NCBI GenBank assembly: GCA_030704615.1
Contig: CM060732.1
Coordinates: 30,566,001-30,630,000, forward strand
Direction: 5' to 3'
Origin: Takakia lepidozioides
Lineage: Eukaryota; Plantae; Bryophyta
Length of the DNA: 64,000 nucleotides
Part shown: piece by piece, positions 1-13,708 of the stretch
Layout: each line of letters starts with the position of its first letter
Numbering within the stretch: the stretch's first letter is position 1
Notes under the pieces: model-generated
Told to the model about the DNA's origin: nothing
Database searches by the model: none
What the model saw: only the letters and a program-made list of their open reading frames with translations
Translations under genes and position numbers: made by a program

Positions 1-1709
1 CCAGCTCACATTCACCTTCTTAACATCCACCAACTTAAGCCCGTTCCTTCCCAGATACAAGGTGTAGAGTTCTAGGCCACTACATCCACAAATCAAATGA
101 GGCCACCAAAATGACTTCAGTTAATGGCACACATCACAAATCATAGTGGAAACTAATTCACCTGCTACACTCCTGTTCCATTGAGAAATAATCCCTTCTA
201 AGTCGGGGACCTAGGGGTGGTTTAAGGTACACCGTCCCATGACTCGTGGCGAACAAGTACTTACATGAGAAAGAGTCCTTATTCGTTGTGTCTATTCAAT
301 GACCACAATGTGCTCTCAAACTGACAGATTGGCTGACAAAGAATGCACACAACTGTTACACCCACCTTGCAAAAGACAAATGTAAGGCTAGTCCGGCACA
401 TGAAGGCATGGACTAAAATGAATCCAGAACTGCACCTTGTGGTAATGAAAACAACATCACAGGTGGGACAGTCTGTCCAAAAGAAGCCTAAAATTCGTTC
501 AGTGCCACTCTTGCACTGTTGGCGAAACCCAGTGCAGCTCTCTCTGTTGACAAATTCAACTTCACGGTTGGTGCGCTGCACAGCCAGGATCCCACCATCC
601 AATGAGAATCTGACACCCAGGATGGGGCCTTCCTTGATGGGGGTCACATTGGGACTATCCGGAGGGGGGCGCTTATTCACTGGCCACGAGAACACCTGCA
701 CACCAAGCATGACATACTCATCTTGGTGGTGTGCGTCAATGAGAACAAAAAAGTTGACAACAAGACTATTTGCAATCGTATTCTAGATAGTAAACATTCA
801 CCAACATTAGTAAGGTAACCCACCAAGTGCCTTACTTAATGAGGCAACAAAGAAAGAGATTGCAACCATATAATTTTTTCTCTCTTTCACATCACCCAAC
901 AATTTTCGACATTCACCCTCTTGTCTTCCTCCATCCCGCCCAAACTGGGCATGGAGTCTATGGCCAGAAGGCTACAACAAAACTTCTTATGAGTACATTC
1001 TTCCTTCACCCACTCTCGGCACTAGACTGAAATCTAAACTCAGGGCGGGAAGCCTACCTTTGAACAGCAAACAGATGCAGAGAGGAAAGGGGGATTGTAA
1101 ATGGCCGTTGTGTGCTGAAGACAATATCCACTTTCTGATGCATTGTCCTGGGTATCTCATAGAGACACCCTCTTCAAATGCATCAAGGGATTTGTTCCTG
1201 TACCTCTGTTTAACAACTTCGAAAATCTCGAGGCTGAGCCAACAGCCCAGGCCCTTTCCGGGTCTAGTTATTGGGCAAATCACACACAGCAGATTGATGC
1301 ATGTGTGAAGGGATTTCTAGAGGATATCTGGAAAACTCGGTTCAATTGTCTGTTCCAAGGTAAATCATACTACCAGCATCAGCCCCTGACAAAGGTAGCT
1401 TCTGTCCCTTTGTGTTCTGCTCAAACTGGGGGCAGGGTCAATGGCCACAAGACTCGTCTTCCTCCACGCTGCCTCTTTCTGTCCGCCGGGCCCACCCTAA
1501 CCAAGGTGGATGAACAAACAGGCCATCGGGAATACCTTACTTGGAGAGGGTACAAGAAGTAGCTTGTTGCCATCATCATACATCACCCCAGCTGCTCCTG
1601 GAACGTCACATCGCAAGGGCGGGTGCTGGATATAGGCATGTGAGATAGCCCCTGATCCTGCCAACCCTGGCCCTCCCTGAGAACTTGATGAACCTTGAAA
1701 TTTCCCCAT
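1..1709 (-). CDS. RMC1: Regulator of MON1-CCZ1 complex (Mic1-like), 5' part; exons 1709-1536, 695-436, 79-<1; continues beyond the left edge
   Basis: Spliced translation MGKFQGSSSS...GSGAISHAYIQHPPLRCDVPG...YDDGNKLLLVPSPSK|VFSW...GPILGVRFSLDGGILAVQRTNREVEF...ILGFFWTDCPTCDVVFITT|SGLELY...VKKVNVSW matches my recollection of plant Mic1/RMC1 N-termini. GT-AG introns keep the frame. Confidence 0.88.
1000..1350 (+). mobile_element. Degenerate LINE 3' fragment (zf-RVT-like) in RMC1 intron 1
   Basis: C..C.EDNIHFLMHCP followed by ...IWKTR in broken frames, typical of L1-type ORF2 C-termini. Confidence 0.35.
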
Positions 1710-4700
1710 TCCAGCTCCTTGGTGCAGTAAGTATTTGAGTAGTCAAGAGCTACCCCTTGCTCTTAACCTGTAAAAACCCAGCACTAGCTTATAAACATAA
1801 TTGTCAAAAGTTGAGAAAGTGAAGGACAGAGCACATAAGCACAATTTCAAATGGGCACAACCCTTCCCAAAAATTTTAAAGATGTAGTTTAACCAGAATC
1901 TATACAATTGCTCAATGAAATGATACCTCCAGCGACTATCTGACAGTAATTCACTCGTACAGTCCAGAAAACACAACCCCTAGCCCTAGTGACGTGGTGG
2001 TACATAAGTTGACAAGTGAATAGCACTCACAGCTCACAAAGTAGACCAGAATTCATGCAAGTCAGACAACACATTTGCTACAAACAACTTACCACATTCT
2101 GCAGACAAGCTTTTAATGCCATGAACTCCTTCTCACACATGCCTTGCTCTACAGCTGGCACTTTGCTGGCCACACACTGACCATACGCTTTCATCTGACA
2201 CAACAGTTGCAACTACACATAATCACTGGGTGGCCCAATTTCATATATGCAACCTTCATCAATTCTCTTCAAAAAGATCATGCACCGTTGAGCTACTTCA
2301 AGGATAATACTACAGGAATAGTGCAGCCCAATTTCCTGCAAAATGGAAAGTCATGCAAGTGGGACTCTGAGCAGAAGACCAACATGCCATGCACTCGAGA
2401 ACGAAAGATTTTCATTTTACCGTTTGTGAAGGATCCTCAGGTCTGCCAAATCAATATTGCACCAAAAAGACTTGCATGTCTTCGAATAACGATCGTTTGC
2501 AAGCGCTTGCATCATGGCTGGACTCTACTGGATTCCAGTAGCATTCAGAACCATCGAAGAACTGAGAGAGACGAGCATTACAGCCCATGGTTCAAGACAC
2601 AACATAGTACCAGACTTTATCCTGAATAAATAGACTGAGTTGCCTCAGTCGGATGATCCTGATCCATGTTTCTCCCCAAGCGACCAAATCCCAGCGGAGT
2701 CTGACACCGGAATCTCTAATCCTGATCAGGATGGGCGCATCTGCCACAGAAGGATGGAGATCTCATCGCTGGAAGAGGCGGAGTTGCGGCATGTTTCAAG
2801 GTCGCGTACATACTGAGGTTTCAAGAGGACAGGTGCAGAAATAAATACATATGACAAGACTAAGAAAAACGTAAAAGTGAAGATTTGGGACAGGGGTCGT
2901 AGGAACCTACAACAGGAGAGCAGCGGAGAAGAACGCGTTTGAACGGGGAGGAGACCGGTCGCCCGTGATCCGCCATCGCTCCGTCTTCACCTTCCTTGCA
3001 TTCTCTCCCTCGCTCTTGCCTCTCTATGACATTAGGCCCTGGATGGATGGATGGATGGGTGGATGGATCATCCAACCTTCCGTCGCTGCTGGTGCATCCC
3101 AGGGGTGGGTATCTTGTCCCTTCAAGCTGAAATGGTGGTGGTTTGTGTGCAGGCTGTCACAGTGATGGAGAATGTGAGCGGCTTCAGAGATTACTTACTT
3201 GAGAGATGAATACTCAATTCTGAGGTACTCCCCCAGTATGAAGGGCGGATATATACCTACCGAAAAATTCGACTTGATACAAAGAATGCTTGTGCGTTTC
3301 TCGAAACATCTTCAGATGCAACCTGAGGAGCCCCTTTTCCATCCCTTGCTTGGACTTGTGACACATGCTATCTCTTTCTACAATGGACCCACGGCCTTCC
3401 TTAGTTTTCGAGCACCGGAAACTCGGGCGGAAAGTGCCCTCAAATTAAGGAAGGCCAGTGGGAAGGAGCCTTCCCTCTCACTACAAAGGGATACCACCCC
3501 GGCACCAAGCAGCACACTGAAATCCATTATAACCACAACACCTCCCTTGCTTACTTTTTTCTATAAGAGAAAGGAAAACAAAACTCAAACACATGCAGCT
3601 TCTACCATTCAAGACCCGGGAATCTACAGATAGGTAGGTAGGTAGGCAGGTAGCTTTGCTGCATGGAATTTAACAATTTGTTTGACTTCAGAAGCTACTC
3701 CGATCTCTCCTGCAGCAGCGCATTTGTTCTGCTGGGCAAGTGTTTGTAGTCTCCAGCTGGGTTTTCGGGAGAATTGACTGCAAGTTCTCAGCGATTCTGT
3801 TGTTCAGGTATGTCTGCACAGCAAGAGGGTCTGCCAATGCAGTAAGGTATCATCTGGACCCGTTCTAGTGCCTTTGCAATGTATATGGGGGAACTAATCC
3901 CACATAGTTGTCCAATCTATGGATGCTCCAGGAAGGTTTGCTTCATTTGCATATGCACAGGGTCATAAAGCCAGTCGAGGCACTAGTGTTTGGCTCGTGT
4001 TTGGTCGTTTATTCATCACATGAGTCATTCTTGGGTTTGTTTGAGCTGGCCAACGATTGATATTAGGGGCTTGATCCCAAGGCAAATACTGCATGACCTG
4101 CCAGCATCGCGTCTGATCGGGTGACGCTTGGGAAATTCAGCATGAGGATGTGAAGTACATGCTGGCGTGGGATGGAGACGATGAGGTTACAACAACAACC
4201 CCGCGTGAAAGTCTTCAGTCTGAGGAAGAAGTCTGTGAACATTTCAAGTTCTGTAATTGATGAATCCCCATCCTTGGTTGAGAGCAATTTGTGTTGATGG
4301 CATTCCAGCAGGGTCCATTTTCCTCAGCATTGGTAAAGGAGTTTAGCCTTTCAGTGTCCTATTTTTTTGCGCTTTATCACATTCCTCAATGTGTATGAAG
4401 AGCTTGTGTACTGACATTTCTGATTTGGTCTGAAGAGCAGTAGAAGTATCATAGCAATGTTCATATACACCCCCCCAGCATGGATATCAAAAAATTCAAT
4501 ACCAATACCATACGCATATACAGTCATTTTACAGGTCCTCTTACCCTACCCTTAGCAGCCTGGTACGCATATTGAAGGGATGGGATCCTTCATACAGGAC
4601 CAGTCTGATATTTAAAAATACATATACTGGTCCAACACTGGTTTGAATTTGAACCCCGACACAACACGATTGGCTTATCACAGCCCTGTTTTTTTTTTTC

Positions 4701-4892
4701 ACTTTTTTCTCAAAGAAATTCCGTCCCCTTTTATTATCTTATGGTATTATTATTATTTTTAAAGTTAATTTAGAGGGCCCTATATACATATATTTAAGGA
4801 AAAGGAACAGAGCCCATTTAATCTTTTTTTTTTTTAATTCCAACTCTTTTTTATTTTCTTACCTCTTATAACAGGAAGGTGGACACCTTCAT

Positions 4893-4962
4893 GACACACC
4901 AAACGGTGGTTTGAACCCCCAACCACATCCAACGTGGTATGTGCCCATTACGACTGGGCTAC
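4893..4962 (-). repeat. tRNA-derived (SINE-like) head with Pol III A and B boxes
   Basis: Minus strand reads TAGCCCAGTCG (A-box-like) ... GGTTCAAACC (B box); no complete cloverleaf. Confidence 0.35.
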
Positions 4963-5419
4963 ATGCTGGTTGTCATCAAATTTAAAGAGGAAAAAATAAC
5001 CTCGACGTCATAAGGAATAGATGGTCAGTGACTATACTAGAAGCATTCGTGTCTTTTCCGAATCAATTGGATGTCTTCCAATGGCGGGCAGAAGTGGGGT
5101 CAACGACTCCGGAGTCGTAGCAAAAATCCAGGCTATTAATTAATTACGTAAATACATAAAATTTGAAAAAGTGGAAATTACAAGTGGTTCTAATGACTGC
5201 ACATGCGACTAGAAATTAGGGTTCAAATTCGATTAATGGAATAAAGATATTTATTCATTAAAGTGAATATGTAGTCGACTCAACGACTCCATGAACTACT
5301 GCGCATTGATTGCACCCGTGATTGGGGGCCACATTTGTGATTGGGGGCCACATTTGCTGACGTGTGTTTCACAAGAACAGGCAAACAAAATCTGGCCTTG
5401 GGGGCTTGCATATTTTAAT

Positions 5420-6520
5420 ATGTACTGCCTCCACCTGGAAGTGACATGGAATGTCCATGATGACATCGTGAAAGCTGGAATTGTAGGGTTTGTCATTCTA
5501 CACCGCCCTGGTGGACATGTATGCCGAATGCGGGAGCATTGAAGATGCGAAGGTAGTGTTCGACTGTGGCTCAACGAGATGTGGTGTCGTGGAGTACGAT
5601 GATCGCATTGGCAACAAGGCAAGGATGTATGCATGATTTGTGCAGAGGCAATGATAGCTGAAGGAGCAGGATAGAGTGTGGGTCCATATTCATCCAAGAG
5701 GGTCGGATTTCAAGCTCCAGATTACCTATGGATCCTTGTGGAAGGATAGCTACAAGAAACCTCCATGGGTAGATTTAGCTGGAGCGGCAGCTGTAGTGGC
5801 ACAGTTGATAAAATCAGGTACCTCAACCATGACCACAGCTTCTGGAAGAGGATCAAGCGAGGGAGTCCACAATGCCTCTTCTGGCACTTATGGGCATGTG
5901 AAGATGCTTTATGAGGCAGGCAAACTGAAAGAGGCTCTACAAACTTTAAACCAAAGAGGCATTTCAGTAGATGTAGATACGTATGTGTGTCTCTTGCATA
6001 AGTGCATCAAGATGAAAGGCCTAGAAGTTGGAAAGCAGGTGCACACTCACATTGTCCAAAGTGGATTCACGCCGAACGTTTTTCTACTCAGCTACCTTGT
6101 CAACATGTATGTTAAAAGGAGCATCATGGATGATCACCAAGTGTTCAACACAGACTGCCTCAACAATCTTTGATCACGTGGAGTATAATGTTGGCAGGAT
6201 TACTAAACATGGGCGTGGTACGAATGCTTTGGAGACCTATGAGCAAATGATGCGCGAAGGGGTGAAGCCCAACCACATCGCGTTTGTATGTGTTTTGCAC
6301 TGCGTGTGCAAGCTTGGAAAAGGGGAACGAGGTCCATGGTGACATTGGTCAAAGCTGGAATTGCACTAGATGTCATTCTGAACACTACCCCGACCTGGAC
6401 ATGTATGCCAAATGTGGATGCATTGAGGATGCAAAGGGAGTTTTCGAACTATGGCTAAAAGAGATGTGGTGTTGTGGAGTGCGATGCTTGCAGAGTATGC
6501 ACAACAGGGACGTGGGATGG
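5420..6520 (+). pseudogene. Degenerate PDF-PPR paralogue 1, cut off at the LTR retrotransposon
   Basis: PPR fragment 5420-5615, then IHPRGSDFKLQITYGSLWKDSYKKPPWV and PLS repeats highly similar to the gene at 32675-35296, with several frameshifts. Ends at ...AQQGRGM at 6520. Confidence 0.9.
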
Positions 6521-7463
6521 TGTCGAGCGGCTTTTACTCATCCATCCCTTCGCTATCCGAGGTGGGAACTCCAAGATAGAGAAGTTGGAAATCTCTAAGC
6601 ACTCAGCCCGCTCAGAACAATCAGTCATGACCTACAGCTAGTGTATCATGGGGGTATTTCCTATTTATACTCCTTTCTGCATTCATGTTAACGAGTTACC
6701 TTACTGTCTGCAATTAAGTATCAGTTTGCTTCCGAAATCTATCAAGTTCCATCCATTCATTCCACAGCTTCACTCAGGTCTCTCTACACAGTGTGAGTAT
6801 GAAGTATGTATCAGATTAATATCTATCAAGTATCAGGCTGAAGCCATGGTGTCTATAATCTACTCTACATTACAATTCTACAGCTTGCATTCCTCAAGTA
6901 ACAACAAATCGTCACTTCTCTTACCCCGTGTTCTTCATCTTTCCACTCAGAGATGTGCTCTCCCCTCAATTTCCAAGCCCTGATGCCCGAAGTCCCCCAC
7001 CAAGAAGTGATGCCCAGACGTCCCCGCTCTTCGCTTTATCTCCCTACAAGCTATTCTAACCGCTTTCATAACTAACCGTCATTCATGTAGTACACGTTCT
7101 TTTTTCAGATGTCGTTCCCCCACAGTCGTTCCCTGCCAATGATAACTGTCCCCCAGCTGTGCCAAGCTATGACTGGCTGTATCAGGCTGTGGCGGGCTGT
7201 GTAGGGCTGTGCGAAGCTGTGGCGGCTGTGTCGGGCTGTGACTGGCTGTGTTGGGCTGTGTCGGCTGTGCGAAGCTGTGGCCGGCTGTGTTGACTGTGAC
7301 GGCTGTGTCTGACTGTGACGGATGTGTCTGACTGTGACGGCTGTGTCGGCTGTGTCGGCTGTGTCGGACTGTGACGGGCTGTGTTGGCTGTGCGAAGCTG
7401 TGACGGCTGTGGTGACTGTGTCGGCTGTGTTGGACTGTGATGGACTGTATCGGGCTGTGTATC
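6521..7463 (-). repeat. 3' LTR
   Basis: Begins TGTCGAGCGG and ends CGGGCTGTGTATC; direct repeat of 18609-19294 with an extra ~260 bp of CTGTG-rich repeats. Confidence 0.92.
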
Positions 7464-7473
7464 TCCCCCCCTA
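7464..7473 (-). promoter_or_regulatory. Polypurine tract
   Basis: Minus strand AGGGGGGGA immediately before the 3' LTR. Confidence 0.8.
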
Positions 7474-7622
7474 AAGCCTGTTGTTGTCACCCCTAAGGCT
7501 CCTGTTGGTCTCAGTCTGTGTAAAAATTAAGGGTACCCCACAGATCCCGTAAAAGCGTCTAAGTCCCAAGCAGCCCTCTAACATTTACCCCTCCTCCTCT
7601 CAAAAAGCCGTGTCCTCACGGT

Positions 7623-10600
7623 TTACTGTTTGGGATTAGCAAACATTTGTGAGCGAGCACCCTTCTGACGTTGAGAGTCTCGTGAAGGACTCCGTGTGCG
7701 AGCTCGTGTCCTGTCACTGGTTGACGGAGATGATTGAGCACTACCTGGAAATGTCAGTCCCTCCTTTGGCTGATATCGAGGTAATCTCTCAGGCATAGGA
7801 GACCCCCGTCGTTTCTTCTCTGCCATCTGAATTGCATAGTCCTATGCCATGTCAAAAGAGTCCGCTGAAGAAACAGTTGTATCAGAATCCTCGTCCCCTC
7901 TGAGGTGTTTTAATGGTCGAACTCTAACTGATATCCGTTCGAGCATACAATGTGTTCCCACCATGTCTGGAAGTTTAAACCGTATAACTTGCTGTAAGGT
8001 CTTAATGGCAAAATTGGTGAACACCCTGAACTCCTTGTCCGTATAGGTGAGTGGTGTGCCAATGACTTGGGAACAGTGCAAGTATTTCCATGCCTCATGG
8101 CCCTTAAAGAAAATATCTTCAGTGCCAAATTTTTGTGTTGTCAAATTGTTCCAAGCCGAATGAAACCATGAACGAAGTTGGGAATCCTTTTGCATCATCA
8201 CCTTTGCATCATAGAGGTACATATGAGGTGGCACTGAAGGTAAGACCCAATGATCCCCACTGGAATAACTCAGAAATCGCGATTGCATTTTCTGCTGCTC
8301 AATGTGATAACGTGCCAGAAAACAAGCAGCATAGTATAACCCGCAGCCCATGACAATATTTGCTACCTCCTTGGTCTTGGTATAAATGTACCCATGTACA
8401 ACTTGGAAGGCAATTAATTCCTTCAACATGGTACTTGCCTCATGCTAGTATCTCGCAAAGTGATGATCCTCAATGGGTCGATTGTTCGGAAGAACCTTAG
8501 TCCTAGTTGCCACTGGCAGCCAAATGCGCATGATCTGGTAGTAATGTGCCAACGACTGCGGAGGACTAAATTCCTTCCAAGCCAAATCCAACACAATTGG
8601 AATTTGATTGAAGGGCATAATCATAGCCCGACTGTACTCCCGTGCAGCAGGAGTTTTAGGTGGGTTAAAAGCAGCATCCCCCCATACCTCAGGCTGTGGC
8701 GGTTGTGGTGTGGATATAGTAACAACAGGGTCAGCTATTGGCACAGTCACTTGTTGTGGTATTGGTAGCACTGGCTCTTGTACCACTGGCATCTCCTGCA
8801 ACCCCTGCGAAGAAGACTGAAAAGCTAGAGTTATGGCTTGTAAATAAGAAGCCATCAGCTGCTCCTCAGATACAAAGACTCTCTTGTCGATATTTGAAGT
8901 GAGGTCCTCCACCTGAGTCTGTAGGCCGTCTACATCCTCCTGTAACTCCGCTATGCTACTATAGACATTGTCTATAGTAGTTGTGGCAATGTTCTGCACC
9001 TGCAGTCTGAGCTCATTCATCTCGCCTTGGGTGAGCTTCCGTGGTGCTTTGTCTTCCACCGGTCCTTGTGCTAACCAGACCTGCAAAAGGTGGTTATCCA
9101 CCAAGTTGGTTGTGGTACCTCTGAGAGTCTGCTCCTCTCTGAGTTTGTACATATCTAACTGCTGCTGTAAAGCCTCCATGCGCTTCGCATGAGGTTCAAC
9201 CAAACTCGCATAGGCAGCAAGCAGATTATTGGCTTCCTTCCAAGCCTTATTAGTGACAGAGAGTTCATTTCTATTGGCCATGACCGTTTGTTGCAATTCC
9301 AGGATGTACCTCTATTGGTCAGCTTCAACCTGCCTGTATTGCTTGAAAGTATTCTCATTGCGACAAATTGTATTCTTCATATCAATAATGAGTTTTGTCT
9401 GCTCGACATTATCTACCTGTGCCTTTATACATCTTTCCGCTTGGATGTTAACTTCTAATTTCGTTTGCTCAAGCATAGTTGTGAGTGTAGCACATTGTAT
9501 GGCCATCCTGTCATGCACTATCTGCAACTCCGTATGTAGTGCATTCACTTCTTGCAACTTGTTCTCATGCTTCACCTGCATTTGGTATAGCTGTTGCTTA
9601 TGTGCTTCGTGCAGCTGGTCCTACGCGAGGCCTGCTTCAATCAAATGTTCCTTGGCCAACTGCAAAGCAGCTGTTGTATCCTCTATATTTGAGAGTGACC
9701 TCCTCATCGACCTTGTTTGCACACTCAGTGGCAAGTTGAGCCTCAAACTCCTTCCTGAGTTCCTCCCTCAAAGCTGCCAATTGGGTAGTTGGAACATGGG
9801 ATTTGACATAAGTGCCCAACAAATTAAGTGTCCTGCTTATGGAACTCATAAGTATGGCCTGTTGAGGGTCATCATGGTGAGCTTGCTGCTGTTCTCCCTG
9901 ATCCTTAACAGTGTGATGCCTCATGAACCATTCAGGCCATTGCCCCACCAGATTTTCTTCCTGAACCACCTCATCCGCTACAGGTGCTGAAGTGTCTTGA
10001 CATTCTACCTGTGGTACCTCCATCAGAGGTGTGGGTATTACAACAACAGCAGGGTTTCCCCTAGACAACCGCTGCACCTCCGGAATCACTGTTTCCCTGA
10101 CCAAACCAGAATTTTCATAGAGAAGGTCGCCCTTCTCAATTTCGGGCACGACCTGCTCTGTAGTTGGTATGTCCAACCTTCTCCTTCCAGAGCAATTGGT
10201 GGTGATGCCACAGCATATACTAATTGTGGAGCCTCAAAAACAACAGAGTCAATTGGTTGTGGTGGTTGTGGTATCGAAGTGACTTCCTCTTCCCTCTCTG
10301 AAGGCCCTGCTTCCAATAATAGCAGCTCTCTGTGCCTCTTCCTGCACAAGAGCTTGGGAAACATTATCATGCGGTTTCCGTGAAGCCAGTGGATCCGCCA
10401 CTACAGTCTTTCCCCGCCTCTGTCTCTTAGACTGGGGTTGCACTGCCAGTCCACCTTCACTGTGTGAAGAGCCTTGCTCTTCAATGGCAGTGGTTTCTGT
10501 TTCAAACACTCACATCTCCTTTCTCTCCCGAGTATCAAGTATGCAAGAATCAAGAAGTATTTGAGCAATGATTGGACCGGACACAATGATGGGAGACTTA

Positions 10601-11369
10601 GCAGTAGTGCCCTGTAACCTCTTCATCTCGTCCACCAATCCGTTGTACATTAACTCCGCCCAAGCGACATCCTCTCCCCTCAAAGCTTTCAGGATCTCCT
10701 ATGTGAAGGACCTGCTTAAATACTGTTGGTTCTGTTTCATGGCAAACAGAACATTCAAGATTTGTCCAACTTCTCTAAGCCCTGGGTACTCCGCCTTGGT
10801 ACAAGCAAAACCTTGAGTTTTAAAGAAACTCCCTTCTTGGAACAGATTCCTTATCTGCAATCTTGCCCTGTGCTCATTCACATTCACATATCCCGATGGC
10901 AAATCAAATAGTTGCTGCAGGTACTGGGGAGTATATCTACTCCCCTCACCTGAGTAACTCCTGTCCGAGGCTCAAAGTTTTGAAGAAATTGTATTATGAA
11001 CTATTGATGATGCAAGGACCAGTCCTTGCGTAGCAACCCCTCCAATCGCAGCTCCTTCAGTAGCTGCACCGTCTGTGGTGCAGCGATCGTTTGCTTCTGT
11101 AAGATTGTGGTGTTTTTCACCCTGATATCTTCCATTCCTCTCACTCTCTTCATTCTGGACAAACAGATAGGTTTTGGTTGCAACAACTGAAGTAACGCCT
11201 GCAGGGCACAAAGCATAAAAATGTGGTTGGCGCAGAATGAAATGGGTAAGTGCTTGTAAGCCTGCGGGGCTTGCAAGTAGCGATTTAGAGAAAATGTACT
11301 CTGCGTTCGTCTGTCCTTGTGCCACTGCGTAAGTAGTAAGGCGAGCGTGTAGTCTGTTATTTCCGCCAT
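7623..11369 (-). pseudogene. Extra 3' ORF of the retrotransposon (plant-transposon-protein-like N-terminus, acidic linker, long coiled coil), frameshifted
   Basis: Chain of same-strand ORFs: ...LEGLLRKDWSLHHQ*FIIQFLQNF, ...DVAWAELMYNGLVDEM, then 9637-10176, 9312-9581, 8445-9296 (heptad/Q-E-L-rich) and 7842-8429. Confidence 0.6.
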
Positions 11370-11869
11370 AGCTTCAAAGCTATAGCTTTTATTGTCTCTC
11401 CTGACGAGACGCCTGTTACTTGGAACGACGCCGACTCTTGCGCTCAAAATCCTTCCAATTTCTTGATTTCGGTTCTTGGAAAATACCTTCTGCAGGTAAT
11501 TCTGGCTCATGATTGGCTGTTGGCTGTGTGATTTGTTTTGTAATTTAATTTCCTTCCATGGATTTTCCACTCTGGACTGTCCACTAGGATAGCACATGTG
11601 ACATGGATTTCGCTTTTCGGTACTTTTAAAGGGTTCCGTTACCCTTTCCCCGTATGCATTAATAGGCCCATAATAAGTTAATGTGTCGGGTAGGTACTTT
11701 GACGGCCAATTTTGTCTTCTTCCTTGATGACACTTGCTCTTGCAATCCATGTCTGGTTGTGTGTCTTGCCCTGACGTCCACGTGTCCATTTCTAAACGTG
11801 CCTCCGTCCACTTTTCCGCCGGCCACTGTCCGGATGTTAACCCACGTCCACCTGTCACGGATCCTATGG

Positions 11870-12100
11870 ACTGTGTAACCCTGGTAGGCTGTGTTGAGCT
11901 GTGACAGGCTGTGTTATACTGTGGTACGCTGTGATAGGCTGTGTGGCACTGTGGTAAGCTATGATAGGCTGTGACACGCTGTGGTAGGTTGTGATAGGCT
12001 GTGTCACGCTGTGATGGGCTGTGATAGGCTGTGTGACACTGTGATGGGCTGTGATAGGCTGTGCCACATTGTGATGGGCTGTGATGGGCTGTGTCGCGCT
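11870..12100. repeat. CTGTG-based ~30-bp tandem repeat inside the retrotransposon
   Basis: Repeated ctgtgataggctgtg...; same motif family as the LTR repeats. Confidence 0.85.
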
Positions 12101-12212
12101 TGTACTGCCCGCCCTGGTCATATAGGCTCAGCCTAGCGACAAGTGCTCCATACTCCGTTGGTATCACTAGCGCAGCCCATGACTGCTTCTGCGTTTCAAC
12201 ATGCAAATCATG

Positions 12213-13708
12213 CTACAATGGTTTGTCATGGCTACCACTGTACCTCTTCAACTTATTGGCATTGACTCTTCTCAGCATCTCTTTGTTAATGGTTTGTAAC
12301 ATGGCGGTGTTGTTATCATATATCTTCTGTATGACATAAGGTCCTTTCCATGGTGATTTAAGCTTAGAAGCTTTAATCTTTCCCTTCTTCTGCAACCAGA
12401 GAACCAAATCTCATGTCTTAAAAGTCTTTAACTTGTCTTCATCAAACTGTTCCTTTCTTTTCATCTGAATTCTGGTCATGTTATCAGCTGCATCAGCACG
12501 TACTTCTTCCACATGGTATAATTCATGTTTCCTAACCCTTATTGAATCTTGCAATTCCATTCTCTTTCCCCATTCCGTTCTCATGGTAGGTAACAGGAAT
12601 TCCACTGGAAGTAAAGCTTCCATACCATAAACTAATTGGAATGGTGTATACTTAGTGGTGACTTTATATGAAGTCTTGTATGACCACAAAGCTGTCAGCA
12701 GCTTTGTATCCCAATCCGTTCTGTTTGCATTGACTATCTTAGTCAAGATAGTACATAGTATTTTGTTGGTAGCCTCTGCCTGCCCATTACCCTGTGGGTA
12801 ATATGTTGTACTCTTCCTATGCACAATCATGAACTCTTTAGTCAATAGTTCAATGGTCTCATTAACGAAGTGACTTCCCTGATCACTGATAAATTCCAAG
12901 GGACCGCCAAATCGTGTAAGTATGTTCTCATACAGGAACCTTGTTGTGGACTTGGTTGTGTTGTCCCTCAAAGTTTTAGCTTCCACCCACTTCGTAGTAT
13001 AATCAGTGGCTGTAATTATGTACCTGTTCTGTGTATTCTTGGCTGGTGGGTTAATTGGTCCAACAAAGTCTAGTCCCCATTTCTGAAATGGTTCAGTAGG
13101 CATAGTAGGATGCAAAGCCATCTTCCCAGATCTCTGCAAAGGTCCTAGCCTCTGACATTCATCACAACTCTGACAATACTTGTGTACATCTTTGAACAAA
13201 ATAGGCCACCTGTAACCTGCAAGTAGTATCTTCCTACTGGTAGTCTCTTCTCCAAAATGACCTCCAGCCACTCCTTTATGAACTTCCTCCAAAACTTTAT
13301 TTACTTCATGGTGGTACAAGCATCGTTTAAGTACTCCATCAGGTCCTAGCTTATAAATTATGCTTCCTACCATAGTATAAGGTAAAGCCTTGATAACGAT
13401 TCTCTTCCTCTGCTCCTTACCATAATTAGGTGGGCACTGACCATGAGTAAGGTAGTATCTGATTGGCCACTGCCAATCTAACCATTCATCTGCACTTCCT
13501 TGCACCTCCATTACAAATAAACTCGCATCAGGTAACTGATCGTCTACTCCTGTGGAGGCTTCTCCTGTTGTTAGTCGTGACAAATGATCTGCCACAAGAT
13601 GCAAACAGCCAGGTTTGTAAACAACCTCGAACTCAAACTCGTGCAAGATTATTAACCACCTTGCTATCCTTCCACTTATCAAAGGTTTGTTCACCAGATA
13701 TATCAGAG
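12213..13708 (-). CDS. Integrase (HHCC, DDE, GPY/F), with a frameshift near the 3' end
   Basis: VHKGVAGGHF...CQSCDECQR, KWGLDFVGP, ISDQGSHF, YYPQGNGQAE, WKGPYVI. Confidence 0.93.

Noticed and set aside
2144-4450. Short ORFs upstream of RMC1
   Set aside because: No recognisable domains; consistent with 5' UTR, intron and promoter sequence
4893-4962. tRNA gene
   Set aside because: A and B boxes are present but there is no acceptor or anticodon stem; kept only as a SINE-like relic
7182-7490. Repetitive ORFs 7182..7490 and the N-terminal part of 11001..12206
   Set aside because: Translations of CTGTG tandem repeats
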